From assembly GCA_024233495.1 (NCBI GenBank), contig JACKPM010000002.1:224541-288540 (forward strand): DNA of 64,000 nucleotides, in the 5' to 3' direction. Below are positions 28,071-38,012 of this stretch, one piece after another; positions within the stretch are counted from its first letter, which is position 1, and every line of letters starts with the position of its first letter. The position numbers were made by a program, and so were the translations under genes. This DNA is from Chlamydiales bacterium. Its GTDB lineage: Bacteria > Chlamydiota > Chlamydiia > Chlamydiales > JAAKFR01. The notes beneath the pieces are model-generated. The model saw nothing but the letters and a program-made list of their open reading frames with translations, was not told the DNA's origin and did no database searches.

Positions 28071-29364
28071 CAAAGCGTAGCCACACACCCCAAACAAAAA
28101 ATAGCGTTAAAAGCATTAGGCAAAGTGCTGAGGGAAAATGCTCAAAGTAGATTCCCGGGAGAAGGAGAGGGGGATTTTCCACAACTTTGAGCAGAGTAGT
28201 TGTATAGAGCGCGTTGAGTTTGTGCAGTGGGGGGATGAGCACCGCTGCGAGCAAAAGAAAAAGAGAAAGAGCTGCTGCTTGTGGGAAGAAGAGATTGTAG
28301 AGAAGGGTATGGGGATGGAAGTAGTGAAAGCGGAAAAGGACGAGAGGAAGGATAAAGACGTGTACGGCGATGGTAAAGGCAAAGAGCCGCTTTTTCAGGA
28401 GTGGTTGATATAGTAAGATGCCAAATGTGGCAAGAAACGAGAGTTGAAATCCTAAAGTGAGGAGGGAGAAAGGAGAGAGTAGCGTTGCGATGATAAGCGC
28501 TACACCAAGGGTGTTGAGGGGATAGCTTCTTTTCTCCAGTAGCTGCGCTAGGAAGAGGATGAGCATGAAAATCCACGCACGTTGCACAGAGGGTGTATTG
28601 CCCACGAAGAGAAAGTAAAAGGTGAGAGAGCAAAGGATCAAAATAGTAGCGAGCTTGTAGGGGAGGAAAAAGAGGAGGCGGCGCAAAAAGAGGGTGATGA
28701 GGGCGAAGTGGAGACCTGAAATGGCGAGAAGGTGGGAGAGTCCTAGTTTGCAAAAGTCATTTTGTAAGAGGTGATTTTCAATTTGCCCTGTGAAAATCCC
28801 TGAAAGAAAGTCAGAGGCTTCTTGCTTTTTGATATGGCGTGCAATGTACGACCGCACCTTTTTTTTTGCTGCGTGCCGGTAGGGAGCGAGTGAGAAGTGG
28901 GGATGGCTTTCAAGGTTGTTGCACTTGAGCGAGTAAAAAACACTCCTCTTTTCCACCTTCCCATAGCCACGAAAAGCATTCCCTTGGAGCGGTTTTTTGG
29001 GGTAAATTTGGCAAGGGAGACGCCGCCCTTTTTCCCGTTCATCAAAATTCCAATAGCCTCGGTAGCAAAGAGGTGAGCCAAAGGCGTTGCGCGTGGGTAA
29101 GAGTGCTTGCACATAGAAAGTCCCTTCTCCCTCAACGGGGTGGGTGGGGATTGAGATCCACGTCAGAGGCAGAAGAAAAAGAAGAGTCATGCGAGGGATT
29201 AACTTTGAGGGAATGGCACACAAGAAAAGAGGAAAGAAAAAAAAAGCCCAAAGCGATTGAAGTGCAAAATAAGTGCCCAATACGAGAGGCGTAGCATACA
29301 AAAGTGCGGGTGAAGTTTCCCAAAAACGGAAAAAAGCTTGTCGAAAAAAGTGTTGCATACACAA
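27991..29364 (-). CDS. comEC: ComEC/Rec2-family polytopic membrane protein
   Basis: The protein has many TM helices. LGLSHLLAISGLHFALITLFL matches the ComEC competence-domain core. The 3' end overlaps the convergent NUDIX gene by 80 nt. Confidence 0.72.
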   Translation of the reverse strand: MCMQHFFRQAFFRFWETSPALLYATPLVLGTYFALQSLWAFFFFPLFLCAIPSKLIPRMTLLFLLPLTWISIPTHPVEGEGTFYVQALLPTRNAFGSPLCYRGYWNFDEREKGRRLPCQIYPKKPLQGNAFRGYGKVEKRSVFYSLKCNNLESHPHFSLAPYRHAAKKKVRSYIARHIKKQEASDFLSGIFTGQIENHLLQNDFCKLGLSHLLAISGLHFALITLFLRRLLFFLPYKLATILILCSLTFYFLFVGNTPSVQRAWIFMLILFLAQLLEKRSYPLNTLGVALIIATLLSPFSLLTLGFQLSFLATFGILLYQPLLKKRLFAFTIAVHVFILPLVLFRFHYFHPHTLLYNLFFPQAAALSLFLLLAAVLIPPLHKLNALYTTTLLKVVENPPLLLPGIYFEHFPSALCLMLLTLFFVWGVWLRFVTDPYATMQLPSSGRGWRRFLPLQVP

Positions 29365-29372
29365 TAAATGAA

Positions 29373-30170
29373 ATGAGCAATATCTTTCCAGGAGACTCTT
29401 CCGACGATATTTTTCACAAGGTAATTTCTCTCACCGAGAGCGACTACTCGTGGGAAGCTTTGTCGAAAAATATGCCCAACCTTCCAAGAGGATGGTTTGA
29501 ACTCTCTCGTCTCGATGTAGAAGAGCGTCTGGAGTTTACCCGCGACTTTTGGCTCTCAAAACTCCTTTTTTCTTCCACAGATGCAGCGCGCTATGAACGC
29601 CGGCTTGAGGATTTTTTTAGCAATCTTGAAGAGGTGGAGATCTATGCGACGCAAGAGTCAGATAATATGCCTTTTGAGCTGCATATGATCTATGTCATGG
29701 AAGATGCAACAGGCTTTTTCCAAGGCGGCCCTCCGCCCAATCCAGCGGCGATTGAGACTCTAAAAAAGCAGTTTAGTCACTGCAACTTACCCCCCGATTT
29801 TCTTAGCTTTTTAGAGATCCATGATGGCTTTTCGAAGTACACTGACACCGGCATTTTGAAGGTGGGGCAGATGGCACAGACAACTCGCAGACTTCAAGAG
29901 TTGTTAGCAGAAGAGGTTTTGGTTCGTCCTGACGGGCAAGTAATTGATCCTCAATGCTTAATTCCTTTTTATGAATCATTTGGTTTGCACTCATATCAAT
30001 GTTTTTACTCCGATTGGTATCCAGAAGATGAGATGGGGAACGTCTATTTTTCTGAGCATGACCGGACAATAAGCAATTTTTTAGACGCGGGTCGATTAGA
30101 AGAGAATCTCGCCTTTCCTACTTTTTTGGGGTGGTTAGTTTTTTATTTAGAAGATATATGGCATTTGTGA
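29373..30170 (+). CDS. hypothetical protein, possible SMI1/KNR4 (SUKH)-like domain
   Basis: LPPDFLSFLEIHDGFSKY resembles the SMI1/KNR4 core motif. The start was set at the first ATG that does not overlap comEC. The family call is tentative. Confidence 0.45.
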   Translation: MSNIFPGDSSDDIFHKVISLTESDYSWEALSKNMPNLPRGWFELSRLDVEERLEFTRDFWLSKLLFSSTDAARYERRLEDFFSNLEEVEIYATQESDNMPFELHMIYVMEDATGFFQGGPPPNPAAIETLKKQFSHCNLPPDFLSFLEIHDGFSKYTDTGILKVGQMAQTTRRLQELLAEEVLVRPDGQVIDPQCLIPFYESFGLHSYQCFYSDWYPEDEMGNVYFSEHDRTISNFLDAGRLEENLAFPTFLGWLVFYLEDIWHL

Positions 30171-31126
30171 AGTTAGCATACCTCTTCAAGCAGCATAAGG
30201 GGGAATTAAAATTGCGCCTTGAGGCGGGAGCAAAAGGACTTGCACGTTCTATCCTAGTGCCTGAGGTTCAAAGACCAGGTCTCGCTTTGACTGGCTATCT
30301 TAAGGTAAATTCTCCCAAGCGTATTTTAGTTTTGGGAACTGCGGAGATCTCTTACTTAAAGGATTTAGATCAAAAGACGCGTATGCACCGCTTGCGCACT
30401 GTTTTGACTGAGCAGACGCCTGCTGTATTTATCGGGCGGCAATATCTGCCCCCACCTGGACTCATTGAAGTGTGTGATGAGAGGTCAATTGCCCTTTTCC
30501 GCAGCCGTTTGCGCACGATGGATTTGATCACAGAACTTAACTTGATTTTGCTCGAGTCTTTTGCACCTCAGATCAGTGTGCACGCCTCTTTTGTGGAGGT
30601 GCATGGATTGGGCGTGCTCATTCAGGGAGACTCTGCAGTAGGAAAAAGTGAGACCGCTCTTGGCTTGATTGAGCGGGGGCACACGCTCATAGGCGATGAC
30701 ATTGTGCGCATCAAAAAGAGGGGAAGCTGGGTTGAAGGATCGGCAATCGAGCTTTCTCGCCACCACATGGAAGTGCGGGGCATCGGCATCATCAATGTGG
30801 CTAATCTCTACGGCATCACCCGCATCCGAGAGAAAAAAAGAGTTGATGTTGTCGTTCAACTTGAAGATTGGGACAACGGCCACTACTATGACCGGATAGG
30901 ATTGGAAGAAAAGACCACAAAAATGTTAGGATTGGACCTCCCTTTTTACGTTGTGCCAATTAAGCCAGGAAGGGATGTGGTTTTGCTCCTTGAAACGTTG
31001 GCCTTAAACCACAAACTCAAGGGAATGGGCTATCACTCGGCGCAAGAACTTGATCGTAAATTACTGAAATTGATTGAAAGAAAAAGTGGAAAAAAAGGTC
31101 GTCAAAAAAATCCGTGTAAAAAATGA
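30158..31126 (+). CDS. hprK: HPr kinase/phosphorylase
   Basis: The P-loop region reads GVLIQGDSAVGKSETALGLIERGHTLIGDDIV, followed by EVRGIGIINV. The start is at ATG 30158. Confidence 0.9.
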   Translation: MAFVKLAYLFKQHKGELKLRLEAGAKGLARSILVPEVQRPGLALTGYLKVNSPKRILVLGTAEISYLKDLDQKTRMHRLRTVLTEQTPAVFIGRQYLPPPGLIEVCDERSIALFRSRLRTMDLITELNLILLESFAPQISVHASFVEVHGLGVLIQGDSAVGKSETALGLIERGHTLIGDDIVRIKKRGSWVEGSAIELSRHHMEVRGIGIINVANLYGITRIREKKRVDVVVQLEDWDNGHYYDRIGLEEKTTKMLGLDLPFYVVPIKPGRDVVLLLETLALNHKLKGMGYHSAQELDRKLLKLIERKSGKKGRQKNPCKK

Positions 31127-31370
31127 GCTGGGACTACACACCCGTCCTGCAACGATGATCGTTAAAATTCTTCAAGAGTTTAAAAGTCGCGTTACCTTCA
31201 CGTATAGAAAAGAGAGCATTGACGCGAAAAGTATTTTGAGTATTTTGATGCTCGCTGTTCAAAAAAATAGCATTTTGACGGTAAAAATTGAGGGAGAGGA
31301 TGCTCAGGCTGCAATGAAGCGGCTTGAGGAGGCATTCGACGACTGCTTTGGCGAGAGGCTAGAAGGATGA
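31086..31370 (+). CDS. ptsH: phosphocarrier protein HPr
   Basis: The active-site His context is NELGLHTRPA. The regulatory Ser context is DAKSILSILML. The start is uncertain (GTG 31086 or TTG 31074) and overlaps the hprK 3' end. Confidence 0.88.
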   Translation: MEKKVVKKIRVKNELGLHTRPATMIVKILQEFKSRVTFTYRKESIDAKSILSILMLAVQKNSILTVKIEGEDAQAAMKRLEEAFDDCFGERLEG

Positions 31371-33112
31371 AAAAGGAGATTTGTCTTTGCGGCTATCCTA
31401 TCTGTCCTGGCATTGCAATTGGCAAATCTTTCAATTTTGTACGTGATGAAGAGAAAATTCCCGAATTCACAGTTGCTGAGAAAGACATCGATGGTGAAGT
31501 GGCCCGTTACTACACTGCTCTGAAACGCTCTCGCCGCGACTTGCTTATACTTCAAAGGCGGCTAAAGAAAGAGGGAGGGACGCAATCAGTCGACATCCTC
31601 AATGCGCATTTGGAAATCACGCGCGATCCACTGATGACAGAGCAAGTGGAAAGCGAGATCCGGAAAAAAAAGAAGAACCCTGAGTATGTATTCAAGTCGG
31701 TGATTGGAGAGTATGAAAAGAAATTTAGCAAGATCACTGATCAGTTCTTCCAAGAGCGCGTCCAAGACTTCCAAGATATCTCAAGGCGCGTGATCCGTCA
31801 TTTAAGCCAAAAGAAGAAGGTGTCGCTTGCTGACTTAGAGGAGTCGGTTATCATCTTTGCGCATGAACTTTTGCCCTCTGACACAGCAGAAGCAAAGAGC
31901 GATTGCATTGAAGCGTTTGTCACGCGTAGCGGTTCTGAAACGTCTCATGTGGCCATTATGGCGCGAGCAAAAGGAATCCCTTTTGTCTCAAAGGTGAATT
32001 TCCCCGATACAATCGACGCCTCTGTTGTCATCGTAGATGGTACGACTGGAAGTGTAATTTTAAATCCCTCCCAAAGCACCTTAGAATACTACAAAAAGGA
32101 GCAGAAAATGCTCACGGTAAAGGCAAAAGGGCTGCAACAAAGTGGGAGTCTTGGTGCAGAAACCATAGATGGACATCGCGTGCGGCTCCTCGCTAATGTG
32201 GAGATGTTCAACGAGCTTGATTCGCTTCAAAAATATGGTGGTGAGGGAGTTGGTCTTTTCCGCTCTGAATACCTCTTTTTGGCACGCGATGCTTTTCCTA
32301 CAGAGGAGGAGCAGTTTCTCGTTTATCGCAGCATTGTAGAGAAGGTAAACGGCTACCCGTGTGTGATCCGCACCTTTGACATTGGTGGAGATAAACTCGG
32401 CAACTTCTATCCCACCAGATGTGAGAAAAACCCCTTTCTTGGCTGCCGTGCGATTCGCCTTATGTTACAAGAGCGTACTGCTTTTAAAACGCAAATGCGC
32501 GCTATTTTACGTGCAAGTGCCTTTGGAGATGTTGCGATTCTTTTTCCAATGATTTCAGGTTTGATGGAGCTGCGTGAAGCGAAAGTAATTTTAGAAGAAG
32601 CGAAAGAGGAGTTAAAAAAGAAAGGCATCCCCTTCGAACAAAACATGCCCATTGGATGCATGATTGAAGTGCCCTCTGCGGCTATTGCAGCAGATATTTT
32701 GGCAAAAGAGTGTGACTTTCTCTCCATTGGCACTAACGACCTTGTGCAGTACTCTCTTGCAGTAGATCGAGGAAATCCTACGATGAGCTATCTCTATACA
32801 CCTGCGCACCCAAGTGTGATCCGCCTCCTCAGTTTCGTGGTAAAAGCTGCCTCTGAGGCGCGTAAGCCGATTGCTGTGTGTGGTGAGATTGCAGCTGATC
32901 CTCGCTTCACGGCGCTTCTCTTGGGGCTTGGAGTGAAGGAGTTTTCCATCGCCTCTCCCTCTCTTCCCCTCATCAAGAACATTATCCGTCGCACCTCGAT
33001 TGTTGAGGCCACGGCCCTCGCGGAGAGCATCCTTACTCTTGAGACTTACCTCGAAATCGAAGAGGCTCTTGAGGAATTCTATAATAAAATTCAATCAGCA
33101 TTTCCTTTATAG
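31367..33112 (+). CDS. ptsI: phosphoenolpyruvate-protein phosphotransferase (PTS enzyme I)
   Basis: 581 aa. The phospho-His region is GSETSHVAIMARAKGIPFV. The C-terminal PEP-utilising domain includes GTNDLVQYSLAVDR. Confidence 0.93.
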   Translation: MKKEICLCGYPICPGIAIGKSFNFVRDEEKIPEFTVAEKDIDGEVARYYTALKRSRRDLLILQRRLKKEGGTQSVDILNAHLEITRDPLMTEQVESEIRKKKKNPEYVFKSVIGEYEKKFSKITDQFFQERVQDFQDISRRVIRHLSQKKKVSLADLEESVIIFAHELLPSDTAEAKSDCIEAFVTRSGSETSHVAIMARAKGIPFVSKVNFPDTIDASVVIVDGTTGSVILNPSQSTLEYYKKEQKMLTVKAKGLQQSGSLGAETIDGHRVRLLANVEMFNELDSLQKYGGEGVGLFRSEYLFLARDAFPTEEEQFLVYRSIVEKVNGYPCVIRTFDIGGDKLGNFYPTRCEKNPFLGCRAIRLMLQERTAFKTQMRAILRASAFGDVAILFPMISGLMELREAKVILEEAKEELKKKGIPFEQNMPIGCMIEVPSAAIAADILAKECDFLSIGTNDLVQYSLAVDRGNPTMSYLYTPAHPSVIRLLSFVVKAASEARKPIAVCGEIAADPRFTALLLGLGVKEFSIASPSLPLIKNIIRRTSIVEATALAESILTLETYLEIEEALEEFYNKIQSAFPL

Positions 33113-33140
33113 GAACTTGATTCAAGTGTTGTGTAGTAAG

Positions 33141-33302
33141 TATAGTCAAATCGGTTGAAAATTTTACAAACTCATGGCAGATAGAAAAGCCAAAGTAAGC
33201 GCAAAGTTCGACTTAGACTATTTATGGTCTATGAGAAGGAGCACGATTTTTGGTGAAGGCAAATGGTATGAATTTGCAAAATTTTCAACCGATTTAACTA
33301 TA
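33141..33302 (+). mobile_element. 162-bp MITE/ERIC-like imperfect palindromic element, family A (A2)
   Basis: The terminal inverted repeats are TATAGTCAAATCGGTTGAAAATTTTACAAA and TTTGCAAAATTTTCAACCGATTTAACTATA. The central motif is GACTATTTATGGTC. It lies 28 nt after the ptsI stop. Confidence 0.8.
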
Positions 33303-33419
33303 ATTTTCGCAATCTCTTTCCTTAAACACTTCCTAGCTAAGGGCTTTATCCTCAATAAGGCATATTTTTCCTGTTAAAATGAGGACTAGTCCTGTAGGTT
33401 AAAAGTCTTATGAAACTGT

Positions 33420-33728
33420 CTAGAAGCCCATGCCGGGGGGAAGGCCTGGGAAGCCACCCATATCGGGAGTCTCTTTCTCAAGTTGTTTGCACGCATCTTT
33501 GTAAGCAGCGCGTACAAGATCTTCAAGACCCTCTACATCTTCTGGGTCGACGCACTCGGGTTTGATCGCAATCTTAGTCATCTCATGCTCGCCATTTAGC
33601 GTAATCGAGACTAGACCTCCACCTGCAGTTCCAGTGGCAGTAGCCCCTTTTATCTGCGCTTGCATCTCTTCCATCTTCTCACGAAATCTCTTCGCTTCTT
33701 TCTTCTTCTTAGCAAATCCGCTTCCCAT
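33420..33728 (-). CDS. ybaB: nucleoid-associated protein YbaB/EbfC
   Basis: 102 aa. MEEMQAQIKGATATGTAGGGLVSITLNGEHEMTKIAIKPECVDPEDVEGLEDLVRAAYKDA is typical of YbaB. It lies directly downstream of dnaX. Confidence 0.9.
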   Translation of the reverse strand: MGSGFAKKKKEAKRFREKMEEMQAQIKGATATGTAGGGLVSITLNGEHEMTKIAIKPECVDPEDVEGLEDLVRAAYKDACKQLEKETPDMGGFPGLPPGMGF

Positions 33729-33729
33729 A

Positions 33730-35073
33730 CTATTTCTTCAAAGATCCATTTAATTCTTTCGCTGCAAAACGCATGACAGTGTCGATGCGGCTTTGCGGCA
33801 CAGTTTCATTACTTTTTGGTTTTTCAGCCGGTTTAGGCTTTTCATGACTCTTCGGTTTTTCGACAACCTTCGGCCTCTCAGCTGGCATAGGTTTTTCGTG
33901 CGGCGTGGGTCTTGCAGTAGCTTGAGACCTTGCCTCTGGTTCGGGTGTTTCGATTGGTTTGGGCTCAGTGCCATTAAGCCTTTCAAGTAGCTCCTCATTG
34001 GTAATGCGCTTTTTTGTCTGAATAATTTGCAGAAGCGCCATCTCAATGGCAATACGCTCAGAAGGGGTGGACTTGAGGCTTTGCTCAGTCTCAATGAGGA
34101 GTTCTAAGATGTGCAAAAGTTGCGCCTCAGTATAGATGCGCACTGAAGAGGCGAGCAGCTCATCGTGGCAGTGCACGCCCGTTTTGATAAGAAGCAATGA
34201 CCGGTAGTGCTGCAACAGCTCTTCAAGGAAGCTCGCAGGGTGTTTGCCCAGCGTGAACACTTCGTGCGCAATCTCGAATGCGGCCTTATAATCGGTTTGC
34301 ACCACAGCAGCGTCGAGTTGAAAGAGAAGCTCTTGAGGGGGAAGTCCGAGAATGTCGCAGACACTCTCCTCTGTGAGCGTACCCTCTTGAAAGGCGATCA
34401 CTTGATCGAGCAGGGACTCAGCATCGCGTAAACTCCCTTCAGCTCGCTTTGCAACAATCGAGAGTGCGCGCTCTTCAAAAGTCATAGAGAGATCTTCACA
34501 AATCTCCGCTAACTTTTTCTCAATCTCCTCTGTCGTGATACGACGCAAGTTAAAGCGCTGGCATCTACTAAGGATGGTGGCTGGAATTTTGTGTGGCTCA
34601 GTTGTAGCAAAGAAGAATTTGACGTTGCTCGGTGGCTCTTCCAACGTTTTAAGGAGAGCGTTAAACGCTTCCTTCGTCAGCATGTGTACCTCGTCGATCA
34701 AATAGATTTTATACCGACTTGAAGAGGGCGCAAATTTGATTGCCTCATTGATCTGCCGAATATCTTCAATGCCGCGGTGAGATGCACCATCGATCTCCAA
34801 AACATCAATCGCTTCACTTCTTGCAATTTCGAGGCAAGAAGAACAGCTTCCGCACGGCTCAAATCCTTGCAGATTTTTGCAATTCAAAGCTTTGGCAAAT
34901 AAACGGGCGAGAGTCGTTTTTCCTGTGCCCCGTGTGCCACAAAAAAGATAGGCCTGCGCTACACGTCCTTTTTGCATTGCATGGATAAGGGTTGTGACAA
35001 CAGCCTTTTGTCCAATGACTTCACTAAATTTTTGAGGGCGGTATTTCCGGGCCAATACTTGATATTCTGGCAT
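33730..35073 (-). CDS. dnaX: DNA polymerase III subunit gamma/tau
   Basis: Walker A is GTRGTGKTTLARLFAKALNC. A zinc module (CGSCSSC), DEVHMLT and the SRCQRF sensor are present. The tail is Pro/Lys-rich. Confidence 0.92.
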   Translation of the reverse strand: MPEYQVLARKYRPQKFSEVIGQKAVVTTLIHAMQKGRVAQAYLFCGTRGTGKTTLARLFAKALNCKNLQGFEPCGSCSSCLEIARSEAIDVLEIDGASHRGIEDIRQINEAIKFAPSSSRYKIYLIDEVHMLTKEAFNALLKTLEEPPSNVKFFFATTEPHKIPATILSRCQRFNLRRITTEEIEKKLAEICEDLSMTFEERALSIVAKRAEGSLRDAESLLDQVIAFQEGTLTEESVCDILGLPPQELLFQLDAAVVQTDYKAAFEIAHEVFTLGKHPASFLEELLQHYRSLLLIKTGVHCHDELLASSVRIYTEAQLLHILELLIETEQSLKSTPSERIAIEMALLQIIQTKKRITNEELLERLNGTEPKPIETPEPEARSQATARPTPHEKPMPAERPKVVEKPKSHEKPKPAEKPKSNETVPQSRIDTVMRFAAKELNGSLKK

Positions 35074-35100
35074 AGGGGAGAAGTATAGAATTTTACGAAA

Positions 35101-37323
35101 ATGGTGTCATCCACTATTCTGTGTGGAATGGATGATCATCTCTCCGAGAGTGGGGAGTCGTCTCTGGACGATGACCTAAGTGAATTGCGCTTTTCTCGGA
35201 CGCAGAGTTACTTCGACAAGAGCTATACGATCCGCTGGATTATTGGAATTCTCTTTGCTGTCGTGCTTTTCTTTTTTCTGCACTTTCGAGAGTCTTACGT
35301 AGAGACGCTTGATCTTGGGCAAGAGGCGCGCCGCTATGTTGTAGCGCAAGTCGACTTCTCTTTTCCCGATGAAGAGGCCACTATTGTCCTGCGGCAGGAG
35401 GCCGCATATGCAATCGGCTCTGTCTACCGACTGAGTGAGCGAGAGATTCAACAGCAGGCGACTGACTTTCAAAAATATGTAACTCAAAACAGTGCAGGAA
35501 AAGAGAGCTGGAAGAAGATAGAAGAGGAGTCGCAGTTTGACGACGTGGCCCTTGCCTTGAGCCTTTTTACGGAAGCACTCAATGAGAGCCGCTTCTCCGA
35601 TGAGCGCACGGTGAATCAAGTCAACCAAATGCCCGCTTCTGATTTGCCCGTGCCTGCCCACTACTTCTATGCCTTTGTCCCTCCTCGCGTAGGCTCTAAA
35701 GTACATCTCCCAGAAGGCTTTTGGGAGAGCTTGGAAAAAAAGAGTTTATTAAAGAGTGAGCTTCCAACTCCTGTTCTCGAGTTTTTAGCTGATTTTTTGA
35801 AGGAAAGGAAGTGGTCATTCGAAGTGGACCAAGGAGTGGAATACACGTTGCGCAAGGTCGCGCAGAGGCAGGTCGAACAGAAGCACACCAAAGTGCGTGC
35901 AGGAGAGCGGCTCATCGATCAAGGTGAGAAGGCTACCACTCGGCACATTACCATGCTGCAGGCGATGAAAGAGCGTTTGCGTGACGAGCATAACATCTTC
36001 AGTCCCATCACCATTTCAGGTACGATTTTGATCGTCTTCCTTATCTTGACTGTGGGTGTCGTCTACCTCAAGACGAGCAATCCTGAAGTGATCGGCTCGA
36101 ATCAAAAGCTTGCACTGATGGTGACTATTTTCACCCTCACCATTCTTTTTGCAAAGAGTGTAGAATTTTTTTTAGTACGTGACTCAGGGCAATTCTTCAA
36201 TTTAGTACGTTTTCCCCTCTTTGTGCCGTTTGCAGCGATTTTGCTCAGTAGCTTGCTCCACACCCGGATTGCCGCCTTTGGCACCATCTTTCTGGTTGTG
36301 ATTTTTGCGATGGGGCTTGCGGTAGAGACAGTGCCCTTCATCGTGATCAACGTGTTGACTGCTACTCTTGTCATCTTCACCAATCGCAAAGTGAGAAGGC
36401 GTAAAGAGATTTTTGCGGTTTGTGCTAAGGCGTGGCTTTGTGCCTTTTTGATTGCCTTCTCCTTCAATCTCTATGACAACACAATTTTGAGTTTCACAGT
36501 GATTGGCGATCTTGTCAGCACTTTTGTCTTTATGCTTTTCACAAGCGTGCTCGTTGTGGGGCTCATACCCGTTCTTGAGTCACTCTTCCACATCATGACA
36601 GATATCACGTTGATGGAGTTTTTGGATCCAAGCAACGAACTTTTACGCCGCCTGACTATTGAGGCACCGGGCACATATCAGCACAGCGTTGTAGTGGGTA
36701 ATTTAGCGGAGGCAGCGGCTACCTCTATTGGAGCAAACGGTCTTTTCTGTCGCGTCGCAACGCAGTATCATGATATTGGGAAGCTCGCTAACCCGCAATA
36801 TTTCACAGAGAACCAGATGGGGGGGATGGACATGCACCAGCTCCTTACGCCTCTTGAGTCGGCGCAAGTGATCATTACCCATGTGAGTGAGGGAGTCGCC
36901 CTTGCAAGGAAGGTGGGTCTTCCGGAAAAGTTTATTGATGTGATCAAAGAGCACCACGGCACTACGCTCGTCTATTACTTCTACCACAAGCAGCTTGAGA
37001 TGATGGGAGGGGATAAAGGGCGTGTCGATCAGAGTGATTTCCGCTATAGCGGCCCTAAGCCGCGCACAAAAGAGTCCACAATTATTATGATTGCCGATAC
37101 ACTAGAAGCGGCTTCTCGTTGTCTGGATTCCTATACAGAAGAGACTGTGAGCGAATTGATCGATGGGTTGATCGCTCAAAAGGTGGAAGATGGACAGTTT
37201 GATGACTCACTCCTCACATTTGAGGAATTGGGAATTGTGAAGTCTGTGCTTCTCAAGACGTTATTGGCTGCAAGCCATCCCCGCGTCAAATACCCGAAGC
37301 ACAACCCTGGTGAGGAAGGATAG
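35101..37323 (+). CDS. 7TM-receptor HD-domain phosphohydrolase (PgpH/YqfF-like)
   Basis: 740 aa. An N-terminal extracytoplasmic region is followed by seven TM helices. The C-terminal HD domain includes QHSVVVGNLAE and YHDIGKL. Confidence 0.85.
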   Translation: MVSSTILCGMDDHLSESGESSLDDDLSELRFSRTQSYFDKSYTIRWIIGILFAVVLFFFLHFRESYVETLDLGQEARRYVVAQVDFSFPDEEATIVLRQEAAYAIGSVYRLSEREIQQQATDFQKYVTQNSAGKESWKKIEEESQFDDVALALSLFTEALNESRFSDERTVNQVNQMPASDLPVPAHYFYAFVPPRVGSKVHLPEGFWESLEKKSLLKSELPTPVLEFLADFLKERKWSFEVDQGVEYTLRKVAQRQVEQKHTKVRAGERLIDQGEKATTRHITMLQAMKERLRDEHNIFSPITISGTILIVFLILTVGVVYLKTSNPEVIGSNQKLALMVTIFTLTILFAKSVEFFLVRDSGQFFNLVRFPLFVPFAAILLSSLLHTRIAAFGTIFLVVIFAMGLAVETVPFIVINVLTATLVIFTNRKVRRRKEIFAVCAKAWLCAFLIAFSFNLYDNTILSFTVIGDLVSTFVFMLFTSVLVVGLIPVLESLFHIMTDITLMEFLDPSNELLRRLTIEAPGTYQHSVVVGNLAEAAATSIGANGLFCRVATQYHDIGKLANPQYFTENQMGGMDMHQLLTPLESAQVIITHVSEGVALARKVGLPEKFIDVIKEHHGTTLVYYFYHKQLEMMGGDKGRVDQSDFRYSGPKPRTKESTIIMIADTLEAASRCLDSYTEETVSELIDGLIAQKVEDGQFDDSLLTFEELGIVKSVLLKTLLAASHPRVKYPKHNPGEEG

Positions 37324-38012
37324 TGTTTGATCTTGCTCTTGTGACAGGGGCCACGTCAGGCATTGGCAAGGCGCTTGTTCACCTATTGCACAAAAAGAAG
37401 ATAGAAACAGTTGGGTTAGGAAGCCGTGATGGTGACCTTTCGACCGAAGAAGGGCGGCAAGCAGTGCGTGCTCTTATTCGGGAAAAAAAACCCAACCTTG
37501 TGATCAACTCAGCGGGTCTTGGCTTTTACGGCAGATCGATTGAGCTGCCACTTGGTGATTTGAACAAAATCATTGATGTGAATGTCAAGGCGGTGATGGA
37601 GATCACTTTAGAAGCGGCGCATGTTTTGCGCGATTCCCAAAAAAAAGGAGTGATCCTAAATGTCTCTTCGATTGGAGGGGAATTTCCTCTTCCTGGCCAC
37701 GCTGTTTATGGAGGCTCTAAAGCGTTTGTGACCAAATTTTCTGAGGCGCTTGACTACGAGATGAAGGGAGAGGGGATTCGTGTTCTGGCAAGCTGCCCTG
37801 GCATGGTTGCAACTGAGTTTTCCTCACGCGCTGCAAAAAAACGCGTAGAGCGCAAAGGTGCTTTCGTCCTTTCGGCAGAGCAAGCAGCTGCCACCATTTG
37901 GGGGCAGATCGTGACAGGACGTACAGTGCACCTCTTTCCGTTTCGCTACAGACTTCTCTCTTTCTTGCCTTCCGCTTTATTAAAAAAAATGATCTACAAA
38001 AGAATGACATGA
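37323..38012 (+). CDS. short-chain dehydrogenase/reductase (SDR)
   Basis: The cofactor motif is VTGATSGIGKAL and the catalytic motif is YGGSKAF. The start is GTG, overlapping the upstream stop. Confidence 0.85.
   Translation: MFDLALVTGATSGIGKALVHLLHKKKIETVGLGSRDGDLSTEEGRQAVRALIREKKPNLVINSAGLGFYGRSIELPLGDLNKIIDVNVKAVMEITLEAAHVLRDSQKKGVILNVSSIGGEFPLPGHAVYGGSKAFVTKFSEALDYEMKGEGIRVLASCPGMVATEFSSRAAKKRVERKGAFVLSAEQAAATIWGQIVTGRTVHLFPFRYRLLSFLPSALLKKMIYKRMT

Noticed and set aside
33174-33377. A small ORF running through family A elements (MADRKAKVSAKFDLDYLWSMRRSTIFGEGKWYEF...). A related reading is found in copies A1 and A3.
   Set aside because: Copy A4 has lost the ATG (GTACCAGATGGC). Copy A1 has an early stop after FDLDH. 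Conservation is explained by nucleotide-level palindromic structure, and the reading frame extends beyond the element only by chance. It is probably not a gene.
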